A stretch of 64,000 nucleotides of DNA, taken from contig NC_043011.1 in assembly GCF_006345805.1 (NCBI RefSeq), positions 9,424,001-9,488,000 of the forward strand, given 5' to 3'. The position numbers and the translations under genes are program-made. Positions 27,849-39,790 of this stretch are shown one piece after another. Every line of letters starts with the position of its first letter. Position 1 is the first letter of the stretch. Source of the stretch: Octopus sinensis (Eukaryota). Below the pieces are notes generated by a model. That model saw only the letters and a program-made list of their open reading frames with translations. It made no database searches and was not told the DNA's origin.

Positions 27849-29715
27849 TCATCATCATCATCATTTAACGTCTGCTTTCCATGCTAGCATGGGTTGGACG
27901 GTTCAACTGGGGTCTGGGGAGCCCGAAGGCTGCACCAGGCCAGTCAGATCTGGCAGTGTTTCTACAGCTGGATGCCCTTCCTAACGCCAACCACTCCGAG
28001 AGTGTAGTGGGTGATTTTATGTGCCACCGACACAGGTGCCAGACGAGGCTGGCGAACGGCCACGCTCGGATGGTGTTTTTATGTGCCACCGACACAGGTG
28101 CCAGACGAGGCTGGCGAACGGCCACGCTCGGATGGTGTTTTTATGTGCCACCGACACAGGTGCCAGACGAGGCTGACGAACGGCCACGATCGGATGGTGT
28201 TTCTTACGTGCCCACAGCACAGAGGCCAGTCGATGCGGTACTGGCTACGGCCATGTTCGGATGGTTTTCTTGTTTGCCACCGGCACTGGTACCGCAAAGA
28301 TACAAATTCCATTGATGTTCATCTATTTTGATTTGATTTGATTTGATTTGATTTTCACTTGCCTCAACAGGTCTTCACAAGTGTCACAAGAAGGAAGGAA
28401 GGTATGCACAGGTGAACTGACAACGTCCCAGGTAGGGGCCACGGGTTATGGCCTGACTAGTCTTGCCGTGTCTTCAGATGATGTTTTTATGTGTCTCCGA
28501 CACAGGTGCCAGATGGATGGTGTTTGTTACGTGCCCACAGCACGGAGGCCAGTCGATGCGGTACTGGCTACGGCCACGTTCGGATGGTTTTCTTGTGTGC
28601 CACCGGCACTGGTACCACAAAGATACAAATTCCATTGATGTTCATCTATTTTGATTTGATTTGATTTGATCACTTGTCTCAACAGGTCTTCACAAGTGTC
28701 ACAAGAAGGAAGGTATGCACAGGTGGACTGACTACGTCCCAGGTAGAGGCCACGGGTTATGGCCTGACTAGTCTTGCCGGGTCTTCGGATGGTGTTTTTA
28801 TGTGCCACCGAAACAGGTGCCAGATGAGGCTGGCGAACGGCCACGATCGGATGGTGTTTGTTATGAGCCCACAGCACAGAGGCCAGTCGATGCGGTACTG
28901 GCTACGGCCATGTTCGGATGGTTATCTTGTGTGCCACCGGCCCTGGTACCACAAAGATACAAATTCCATTGATGTTCATCTATTTTGATTTGTTTTGATT
29001 TGATCACTTGCCTCATCAGGTCTTCACAAGTGTCACGAGAAGGAAGGTATGCACAGGCGGACTGACTACGTCCCAGGTAGGGGCCACGGGTTATGGCCTG
29101 ACTAGTCTTGCCGGGTCTTCAGATGGTGTTTTTATGTGCCACCGACACAGGAGCCTGATGAGGCTGGCGAACGGACATGATCGGATGGTGTTTGTTACAT
29201 GCCCACAGCACGGAGGCCAGTCGATGCGGTACTGGCTACGGCCACGTTTGGATGGTTTTCTTGTGTGCCACCGGCACTGGTACCATAAAGATATAAATTC
29301 CATTGATGTTCATCTATTTTATTTTGATTTTCACTTTCACTTGCCTCAAAAGGTCTTCACAAGTGTCACAAGAAGGAAGGTATTCACAGGTGGACTGACT
29401 ACGTCCCAGGTTGGGGCCACGGATTATGGCCTGACTAGTCTTGCCGGGTCTTCGGATGGTGTTTTTATGTGCCACCGACACAGGTGCCTAGTCTTGCCGG
29501 GTCTTCGGATGGTGTTTTTATGTGCCACCAACACAGGTGCCGGATGAGGCTGGCGAACGGCCATGATCGGATGGTGTTTGTTACGTGCCCACAGCACGGA
29601 GGCCAGTCGATGCAGTACTGGCTACGGCCACGTTCGGATGGTTATCTTGTGTGCCACCGGCACTGGTACCACAAAGATACAAATTCCATTGATATTCATC
29701 TATTTCGATTTGTTT
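27849..29715 (-). mobile_element. RTE-related SINE plus four head-to-tail ~316-380-bp units (array 2)
   Basis: SINE tail at 27849. Three 61-bp modules at ~28016, 28077 and 28138. Units start tcacttg.ctca at ~28354, 28670, 29003 and 29337, each ending in a (tttga)n-type tract. Confidence 0.9.
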
Positions 29716-29789
29716 TATGTGTATATATGTATGTATATGTATGTATATATATATGTATGTATGTATATGTATATTCATGTATGTATGTA

Positions 29790-29997
29790 TGTGACCATGT
29801 GTGTATCGTTGGTGATTTTTTCCCTCCGTCTTCCTTTCCTTGGATCTTTCCTTTTCCTATGTTTCTGACGAAGAGCTCCGCTTGAAACGTTAAATCGTCC
29901 TCCTTCTTTCTTTCCTGAGCATCCAATAATACTATACTTGTTCCACGTCCTCGTGTTGTTGTGTTTTCTCTTTGTGTTTTTATGTTTGGATTAACTT
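29790..29997 (+). repeat. Putative Penelope-type pseudo-LTR fragment carrying a hammerhead motif
   Basis: Pyrimidine-rich ~200-bp unit between microsatellites that contains the hammerhead core below. The PLE assignment is inferred from the known PLE-hammerhead association. Confidence 0.55.
29861..29895 (+). ncRNA. Minimal type I hammerhead ribozyme motif (palindromic stem III, dimer type)
   Basis: gttt-CTGACGA-a-GAGC-tcc-GCTT-GAA-ACGT-T/aaat. Stem I is guuu/aaau, stem II is GAGC/GCUU, stem III is self-complementary ACGU, and the cleavage triplet is GUU. Confidence 0.7.
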
Positions 29998-32801
29998 TAA
30001 CTATATATATATGTATATGTATGTATATATATGTATGTGTATGTATATGAATATAGGTATCAAGTTAGAGGGGTTTAATACCTCTAAAGGATAATTAAAT
30101 CCAGAGTCGCTCCTGGCTATTGGCTGGGTGGGTACGGTCTTTTGTAAGATTCTACGGTGGCAGGTAGTTTGGTTGGTAAACCGGAATGTAGGTTATATAA
30201 GAGTAAAAAAATGGATATAATAACAATGGGAAACCCATGGTTTACTCTGGCATGTCTTTAATTAAATTGGTAAGAAAGAAGTAAGAAGCAGTGATGAGGG
30301 TGGCATTTACGATCGTTTTGATTTACTGGAGTAAGTAAATTTCTTCAGAATGCAAGTATGGATAGATGCATTGATTAGAATGTGAAAATGATTGATACAT
30401 ATGTGATGGTAATGTAAACGAATTGGTAATTCTTACACTGAAATTTTGTTCTTGCACTGGTAAATTCGCTGGGTAGAGGTTTGCTTGTGGTTGATTGGTT
30501 AGTTTCGTTGGGTAATCAACTTTATTGATGTACCTGATGTGACCCAGAGCATAAAATGGATGCAATACTAAGATGTTGAACAGAGTCCCACACATAAGGT
30601 CCAATAGCAGGATGGGTCAAAATGAACATTGCACAGAAAGTTTAATACCAAATCCATATTCTTATTACTTGTGTAGTGTGTGTGTACATGCGTGCGTGTG
30701 TGTATAAAACATAGGAATGTAATCAATAGAGTATGATTGTGTATGTGATGCTGAAACTTCACAGATCATTAATTAACAGTTGATCAGAGATCATTCATTA
30801 ACTTTTTGTTTCCAATCTTAGGTTGATAACAAAGAAAGGGACATAGGATGGGTCTTTGAAAGACAAGCTGACAAGCTAACAAGCTGACTGAGCAGATTTT
30901 GATAGGATAATCAGACTGAGACAAATCACTGGATATTGCACTAAAGAACAGACAACAGCAGAGTATAATTAAAATATCAGATTGGCTGATAATAAATTAA
31001 AATTCTTGTGTTTCACAGCCATATAAACTCCTTTAAACATCCAAAGAAGTAACTTTTTCAAAAAGTTGGCCAAAGTTTGTTTCTTTCCAGAATCCATTCC
31101 AGTTGCATTTTAGATAAAAATGAAACATTCTGCAACAAGCAACTCATCACCAGCATCTTTCTTGTCACTTAAATCTATCTTGTTATCTCTACCTAATTCC
31201 CATGCATTAAATAAAAGGTTTGGGCTACGAAGTTCTTGTAGGCATGCTTTTAAATATTTACTTTGCAATTTTGCCCATTATCTTTGGATACCCCTCTTTG
31301 CTACTTATATTCCAGTGCTTGTTACACTGCAAAAGTTTTTTCAGGAATTTACTTTTTACACCTTCCTCTCCCCAAAATCAATCGACTAGACTGCAAATCC
31401 ATATTTTACTTTCAACTGAACTTTTCCAAATTTCTTTTCCGCTTCCCAGGTTTTGGCCTGATTCCTTTTAATCTTTCTTCTGCTTTTAACATTCAACCAT
31501 TTTTAAACTTTGTCTTTGATTAATAATTCTTCACACATATTTTTATTTCATTTTATTAATTGCTAGTTTATTCAACACACATATCTTTCTCTTTGACTGG
31601 AATAATCTCTGTGTCTCTCTTTTAGTTCATTCTTTCATTTACATTTTGAGTACAATGGCTGCATTGTTATCTTCCAGCCCATTATTAGATTGTTATTCAA
31701 ATAATGTTCCATTATACGCTTTATGTTGTTCCATCACCCAATAATTTCCTGATGATTGGAAAGGAAAAACTCTGAGTAAAGTTTTCTGAAGTTCCCAGCT
31801 CTGATAAAATAATACATAGAAAAGATTGACCCTATTAAGAAGTTTGCTTCACTAGTACATGGTTTTGGGTTCAATCCTACCGTGTGGCACCTTGAGCAAG
31901 TCTCTTTTACTATATTCTCCAGCTGAAGCAATTTGCATGTGTGTCTTTTATATTCGTGCTTCTCTGAAAGCTAGTGAATGCCAAGGGATCATCAAATCAT
32001 CCATTGGCTCTGTACTTTGAAGGAGATGTGGAGTAAGAGACCCCCTTACATGAGTGACAGGTCAAGGTTCAGTGACAATGAAGGGCGTCCAATTGTAAAA
32101 CAATGCTTCTATAATATTTTCATGTAACTCATGTAAAACTGATGCAAAAAGAATTATGAAGCACGTGTATGTGTGTGTATGCATTTGCATATATGTATGT
32201 GTATGAAACCATGTATGGTCACAACCAAGTCAACCGAATAGAAGAATATATTGACTAGTTATGTGTAACACTCTCTCTTTATATATATGTGTGTGTATGT
32301 GATTTTCTGATCGAACCCAGATGTGATTTTATGTCTGACTCTGGAAAGATATGGCCAAGTGTGTCACTACGGAAGATTATATGCTAAAGCGAATAAGTTG
32401 TATAAGTACGCTGAAGAGAGATATGGGCAGCTCTGATGGTTAAGTTAGATATGAATGAAAAAGAGGAAAAGTAGAAGACTCATCAGGAATATTTGCTGAG
32501 ATGATGTTGAAGATCATAAGCTAATTGTTCACCTAATTCATTGCTTATTAAACAGTATTCAATAGCATGATGTTAGGTCATGGAAAGTCTTTAAAAAATA
32601 TCAGGGTAAATACAAAAAAATTGTAAATATTAAGTACTGAAAACTAAAAATGGTTTATTGAATAAAAAATGAGTTAATAATTTCCTGTGGCTGAAATAAT
32701 CTATTTGTAATTTTGGATAAAATATTTGAAAATCATGTTTTGATATGTTTTTTTTTTCTTTAGCCACAAAATGCACAGAAAGATTTCTTCTCTAAATTAC
32801 C

Positions 32802-32832
<31 letters not shown>

Positions 32833-33204
32833 CAACTCATAAAAATATATGGTTTGGGAAGCAGTGTGTTTACGAGGTAATGTAAAGAATATGCAGGGAT
32901 TGGTGCCACCGCAAGACCATTGTCAACAGTTGTGATGTAGTGGAACAGTGTAGTTGTGGAGGTTTCTTAAAATTGATGATGTAAGATGATTTCCAATGGA
33001 AATAGCAGGGAGATCTAACTTAGAAGAGGACTGGAGGAATTTAGAGATTTTGTAGTCTGGGTTTGTATTGGGCCTCATAAGGAAAGCAAATATATTCTTA
33101 ACTAAGAACAAACTCACTTGTCTTTGTTGATCCAAAGAAATGTGAAACATTGATGAGAAATATTCAAGATGTATATCAGGTGAGGTCTGTATAAAAAGTT
33201 AGCA

Positions 33205-33440
33205 TAGAAACCTTACAGGTGTGTGTATATGTTTGTGTGTCTGTGTTTGTCCCCCAACATTGCTTGACAACCAATGCTGGTGTGTTTATGTACCTGTAAC
33301 TTAGCAGTTTGGCAAAAGAGACCAATAGAATAAGTACTAGGCTTACAAAGAATAAGTCCTGGGGATTGATGTGCCCCACTAAAGGCGGTGCTTCAGCATG
33401 GCCGCAGTCAAATGACTGAAACAAGTTAGAGATAAGAGGT
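33205..33440 (+). mobile_element. 3' half of CORE-like tRNA SINE
   Basis: Closely matches ~9965-10180 (tgtttgtccccc..gcttgacaacc..ggccgcagtcaaatgactgaaacaag). Confidence 0.8.
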
Positions 33441-35019
33441 GTTCATCAAATTGCTTTCTTCACTCACTAGGGTTCACAACTTGTTTCTTTTTATTAAGTT
33501 CTGTTGATCAGAACAAAATATGTTGAGGATCTGCAGTCAAAGCTCCAAACCTGGTTCAGAATCTTTCAAGAGTGTGTAACTAAAAAAATTGAGACCCTGG
33601 TTCCACAGTTTCTAAGCTTGTTTCACATCAAATCAAGGTTACTTAGTATCTTGATCAGAAGTTCTTAATCTGTTTTATTTTGTAACATACAGGAGATTCA
33701 GTAAAATTACAGCTACACTTCAAATGGAAAATTTTTAAAATAATTGCTTCACAAGTTTAATATTTAAAACTACAGAGAAAACTTTAGTTTATAAACACAT
33801 TTGTTTTTTAAGACAGTCAAACCATGGATTTTCTATCAATAAAATTTATATGCCAATTTGTTTTTTTTTTGTGCATACCTGTCATGCTTAAAGAAATTGT
33901 TGAAAGAAATTTTGTTGCTTAAATAAATACTTTTAACTAGATTTCTTGTAATTTCTGGAAGAGATTTGAAATCCCCACCTAATTGTTGTATAACTACTTC
34001 TCAACACCCATGCTTAATGGGCCACCAAAGCAGTGACAAGATCAAGGAGAAAATTAAGATATTTTGATGTGTGTGTCAAGCAAAAGAGAGAGTGAGTGGC
34101 TGATAGGTATTTGAATTCCTTTCTATGATTGGACTGAAATTGACCCCTGGCTATCAAAGCCCCCCCACCCCCCCACCCCATATATTTGTTTTAGGTCTTC
34201 TACCCATTTGAATTAGGCCATACACCAGATAACAGGTTCTGAAATTTAAATTTTGAATTTGTTTTAATTATAAAATTATTCCTCAGCTAAAAAACATCTT
34301 TTGCCTTTCAAATACAATCGTTTCTTACTCTTTCTATATTTTTTGTTACAATTTCTCTGTTTTGGTCAGGATTTTTTCAATTTCTTTTTTACTTGTAACA
34401 ATGGACGAAAGCATTAAAAAAAAAATGAAATTCATAGAGCCTAACAAAATCAAAAATATTAATTCTATTTTTTTCCATTCCTTAATGGAAGAGCAGAGTA
34501 TGAGAGAGATTTGGCTGTTATTTCTAGCAAATTGAACAACCACATATTGTTCAATTGGCTCATTTGTTGATGTCTATAAGTAAATAAAAACTAAAAGTCA
34601 CACACACACACACACACATGTATGAATGTATGTGTGTGTGTGTATGTGTGTGTGATAAGTGCCACATTGTGGAAATAAACAACTCTGTTTCTATATTATT
34701 TATTAAGTTAGAATTTCTCTGTTTTGGTCAGGATTTTTTCAGTTTCTTTCTTCTTGAATCAAGCAACTGACAAAAGCATTTAAAAAAAAATGAAATTTAT
34801 AGAGCTGAGCAAAATCAAAACTATTTATTCTATTTTTTTCTTCCTTTTAATTTTTACTTTCCTACTTTATAATTATTGTATCCTATATACTGTGTCCTTT
34901 GCATATTCGGTGAGTATTGCAGAAATACTTTCATCGTTTCAGCAAAAACTGTCTACATTCATTTATGTTTTTCAATTGATTCACTCTGAATCATTTTGCA
35001 GATTTATTGTTTTAATAAC

Positions 35020-35300
35020 ATCATCATCATCATCATCATCGTTTAACGTCTGCTTTCCATGCTAGCATGGGTTGCACGATTTGACTGAAGACTGGCGAAC
35101 CAGATGGCTGCACCAGGCTCCAGTCTTGATCTGGCAGAGTTTCTGCAGCTGGATGCCCTTCTTAACGTCAACCACTCCGAAAGTGTAGTGGGTGCTTTTA
35201 CATGCCACCAGCATGAGGGCCAGTCAGGCGGTACTGGCAATGACCTCGCTCGAATGTTTTTACACATGCCACCGGCACAATCGCATGAGGGACACAGCAC
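35020..35300 (-). mobile_element. RTE-related SINE
   Basis: (cat)n gtttaacgtctgctttccatgctagcatggg..gatgcccttcttaacgtcaaccac. Confidence 0.85.
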
Positions 35301-35949
35301 GAGAGTCAGTGAAGAAGGAGAGAACGGTTGTGTAAGGAGCAGTGGGTGGAAATAAGGAACCAAAATCATGTGAGGATGAGACAGAAGAAATTAAATAAGC
35401 GAAGAGGAGAGGGAGCGTATCCAACAGCACAGGAGGGGGGAAATCAGCAAACAAATGAGCCAGGGCCAAAGAGGAGTGAATTTTCAAAATGAAGGAGATA
35501 GAGATCAATGGAATCAAGGACACGAGTCAAGAGCAAAGGCAACTGTACTCAAAAAATGTGAGAAACAGAGCTGGATCTCTCTCAGTATACCAGCAAACCA
35601 CAAAATTGCACCAGCCAGCATCACCACCACCACCACCACCTCCAAGCTCATCATATAAGTAATAAGTATGCATGAGAGTGTTTGTGTCTGCGTTTGTCCC
35701 CTCACCACCATTGCTTAACAACTGATGTTGGTGTGTTTGCGTCCCTGTCACTTAGCTGTTCTGCAGAAGGAACTGATAGAATAAGCACCAGGCTTACAGG
35801 GAATAAATCCAGGGGTCAATTACTTCGAATAAAGGGTGCTGCTGCAACATTTACGTTTCAGTTTGCATAACTGAGATATTTTGGTTGGATTATAAAGTTA
35901 TCAATTTTACACTTCTTTCTATATTCTGTAATTGTCGCAAAATACTTTT

Positions 35950-36344
35950 CTACTATAGGCACAAGTCCTGAAATTTTTGGCGGGAGGGAACCAGTTGATT
36001 AGATGGACCCCAGTACATAACTGATACTTAATTTATCGACCCCAAAAGGATGAAAGGCAAAGTCGACCTTGGCGGAATTTGAACTCAGAACGTAGCGGCA
36101 GACGAAATACCTATTTCTTTACTACTCACAAGGGGCTCAACACAGAGAGGACAAGCAAGGACAGACAAACGGATTAAGTCGATTATATCGACCCCAGTGC
36201 ATAACTGATACCTAATTTATCGACTCTGAAAGGATGAAAGGCAAAGTCGGCCTCAGCGGAATTTGAACTCAGAACATGACGGCAGACGAAATACCACTAA
36301 GCATTTCACCTGGTGTGCTAACGATTCTGCCAGCTCATCACCTT
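35950..36344 (-). mobile_element. Two Meta-like tRNA SINEs joined head to tail
   Basis: Complete copy at ~36110-36344 (tggcagaatcgttag A-box, gagttcaaattcc B-box) fused to a 5'-truncated copy at ~35950-36110. Confidence 0.85.
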
Positions 36345-36599
36345 TAACTGTCACAATATAGAAATATTTCTCATGGCATCAGCAAACAATTTACAGATGA
36401 TTACATTTTTTGAATTTTCCATGAATTTTTCACAGGCCCAACTAGTGACCTTAATTATAATATTAATAATGTATAGTGCACCTAATGGCATCTCGTAGAA
36501 CACCAGTGGGCTAGGGTACACCAACGTGAGAACCATTGTTTTACATGTTTGGAACCTTCAATTCAACTTAATTACAGTTGCCTACTTGCACATCGAAAT

Positions 36600-37070
36600 C
36601 AAATTCGATGGGTGGCATCCATGTTAGTGGAGCACTAAGAGCACCATCCGAGCATGATCGTTGTTAGAGTAGCTGATTGGCTTCTGTGCCGGTGGCACAT
36701 AAAAGGCACCATTTGTGCGTGATTGTTACCAGCATTGCCTTCACTGGCACTTATGCCTGTGGTACGTGAAAAAAAAAATTCAAGCAAGGTTATTGCTAGT
36801 GCCGCTGGACTGGCTCTGTGCAGGTGGCATGTAAAAAACACCATTTGAGCGTGGCCATTGCCAGTATTGCCTGACTGGCCCTTGTGCCGTTGGCATGTAA
36901 AAGCACCCACTACACTCTCAGAGTGGTTGGCGTTAGGAAGAGCATCCAGCTGTAGAAACTCTGCCAGATGAGACTGGAGTCTGGTTCACCAGACCTCAGT
37001 CAAATCGTCCAACCCATGCTAGCATGGAAGGCGGACATTAAACGATGATGATGATGATGATGATGATGAT
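36600..37070 (+). mobile_element. RTE-related SINE, long form with several structured modules
   Basis: Repeated ggcac.taaaa..gcacca modules, then ggttggcgttaggaagagcatccagctgtagaaac and a (GAT)n tail. Confidence 0.85.
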
Positions 37071-37346
37071 GTATATAGTTATGGTATATTCCGTTAGGAA
37101 GTTGCTGAGTACAAGATAAAGCTCGTCTACCCTCAGAATTACCCAATACTATCTGGTAGCATTATTACATACTTCCATGTTTATGTTTGAGTATTTGTTG
37201 TGTGAGAATATAAAATTGAAGAAACTGGAGTCAACATGAAGGAGTTCAGTTGGGGAGTTATTAAAACAATAACTGTCCAACGGTACTCCTTGTTAATTCC
37301 AATTTCTTCAATATATGGATATACATTTACACATAGATTACATGGG

Positions 37347-37384
<38 letters not shown>

Positions 37385-37810
37385 AGACTGTATTTCAAGT
37401 GGTTAGCATTAACAGCAACAAGAATACTTCATGCTGTTGTAATTCATTTGAAATTACTACTCTCTATTATTTATAGATTTCCATTTTCACACACACACAC
37501 ACAGATGACTGCATAAATATTTGTTTAGTCAGCAACAAAACGAAGGTTATTTAATATTAATTACTATCAGATATTGATGTTTGATGAGTTCTTTTATAAA
37601 AGTTCTTCTGAGCAATTGAGTATGAACAAAGGGTTAGTGTCTGTCTGGAGCAGACAACATGTGTGTGGTGGTGTTAGTCATGGACATGAAGGTCACTTAA
37701 GAGTCTGGAATTGATTCCTATGCATCCTGTTTTGTTTTGTGCAACAAGGACTATAACTTAATTCATACCTGATAGAATTTCAAAACTGATTGTTGCTGTC
37801 AATAAAAGTT

Positions 37811-38150
37811 TCATCATCATCGTTGTTCAACTGTGGTTGAGACAATGGAATTTACTGTTACGCCAGACCTCACGATCCATCATAGCATTACGGAGGTCCC
37901 ATTGCTGGATGCCTGTATCCTTGGAGATTACATCAGGGTAGGAGAGTGTGCACCCTCTGGTATCGCGAGCAGATGGCTTCCAGGGGAGAAGAGTAGAAAT
38001 TACCTCGTTTTCAGCTCTATAACAATGTCCAGCAAACTGGACTCTTCTACCTTTCACAAGAGATGACACAGGTTGTAATTTCCCATATATTTGTACTTTG
38101 GTTGGATGACGCTTCCACAAGAGATGTTGAGCTCTCATAAGGAGGCATTT
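37811..38150 (-). mobile_element. RTE-clade LINE 3' end (C-terminal ORF fragment)
   Basis: QIYGKLQPVSSLVKGRRVQFAGHCYRAENEVISTLLPWKP..GCTLSYPDVISKDTG..LRNAMMDREVWR followed by a (GAT)n tail. Typical RTE-clade C-terminus. Confidence 0.8.
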
Positions 38151-39019
38151 TTTAAACGTCTCATAAACGTTTAAAAAAAGAAGAGAGAAAAGATTTTCTA
38201 CTATTTCTTGCTTTCCTCACTTTTAGGGGAAGTCTTTTGGCCATTCAGCAGCATCATCCTAAGTTTACAAGAACCTCAATAAAGAATTGACCAATTACAT
38301 TTGCCATATTATGTGATTGACGATTGAGATATCATCTGCAGATAAGATGACTTACCAGAAATAGCAGTCAAATCTCTCTCATATCACACCATATCATCTC
38401 AGATAAGGACATGCTGGAATGTAGGTCCTGATAGCCAGAAAAATTAAATAGTCACAGCAGAAACTTCTTTGATCACAGGTCTACTTGACCCAAACTGACC
38501 TGGGGCTAAACAACTTGTAACATCTCCATTTAATAGTAGCTGATCAATGTTGGGTGGTTGATTGGTTTTTCCAGTCACACTTTACATTGTATAGAGAGAG
38601 GGAGGAGAGTAAACGAGAGATGAGAAGTGGAGGATGAATGCACATGCTTTATAGATTCACACAGGGAAATGAATAAGTAAACGCATTAGTATCAGATACT
38701 GAACATCGTTATTATTATTATTATTATAAGAGATTACTGTTTTCATGTTGCAACAGCATGACATAGTTAATTTACAAAGGCAGTATCATAGAAAATAAGA
38801 TATTTGAAATGTATAACGAATTTGCAATTATTTTTATATTTATTGTTCTCTTTCATAAACATTCAAATAGTTCACTTGTTTGCATTTTGAAATGAAGAGT
38901 CAACTGGTAAATTACTTTCACTCTCTCTCTCTCTTTCTATCTATCTCTCTCACACACACACACACACACGCACAAAAGTTTGAACACCGAAAGTCTGGCA
39001 GTTCCCTCTCTTTGCTTGA

Positions 39020-39790
39020 CTTTTGGCTAGACATCACAGAAGAGGGAAGGGAAAAATTGACATAATGTTCTACCGAAAGTCATCCTGCCTGGACCTCTTC
39101 ATCTATTACAAGTTGGCCCTCCCCATCAGGGCTAAGATCAGCTACGTACATAATGAAATCACCTGAACATACAAGAGATGCAGCAACAGTGCCAGCCAGG
39201 TTGCACATGTTGCTTAGTTCCTGAAGGTACTCGAAGCCAACAGAAACCCAACATCTATTGTTAACTCCATAAGCAAACACAAGTCAAATGAACATTGTAA
39301 TAGGGATCTCTCTAAGACCTGCTTCTTTGAGAATTCCCCACTTTAATGAGAGGACCACTTCTGCCATTGACAAGGCCATCTGCAGGGAAGGCCTCAACAT
39401 CCTACTGGTCATTAGGGACTGTCCCAATGTAAACACTAATCAAAGAGATGGTCATGTGCAGAACAACAACAACCACAACCCTGCTGCACAGAGGCAAACT
39501 GCACTATTCACAACACAAACATGTGTCTCTAGACATACGTAGTTAACCAGATATTACATCAGTTGCACAATCTGACCACTCAGATTTGAATAAAGGAGCA
39601 CCTCACTACTGACGTGCCTTCCTTCTGCAAACAGCCAAATGCAGCAACACCACCGAAGGAATGGATGCTTGCATACAAGCCTCAGAGAGGAATGCAAGAA
39701 ATCTTCATATCAAAGAAGTTATATCGATCCACTGCCTCAACCCAAAAATCAATAGTCAATTGGAGAATGGGCTGGGGGCTCCTAGGAATA
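39020..39790 (+). mobile_element. Penelope-like element relic: RT thumb and GIY-YIG endonuclease region
   Basis: Across frameshifts: FWLDI..MFYRKSSCLDLFIYY..PIRAKISYVHNE (PLE thumb-like); YYISCT..QI*IKEHL; ERNARNLHIKEVISIHCLNPKINSQLENG (GIY-YIG C-terminal pattern). Confidence 0.7.

Noticed and set aside
28016-28198. CRISPR-like look of the ~61-bp repeats
   Set aside because: No unique spacers, no cas genes, eukaryotic context, and the repeats are part of a SINE.
29155-29172. CTGATGA-G-gctgg-C-GAAC hammerhead-like string in one array unit
   Set aside because: Other units have CAGATGA, CAGACGA or CGGATGA, the core ends GAAC rather than GAAA, and no stem III/NUH was found.
31090-31480. Protein-like minus-strand fragments (MLKAEERLKG.., KYLKACLQEL..)
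   Set aside because: Broken by stops, with no recognisable family or splice structure.
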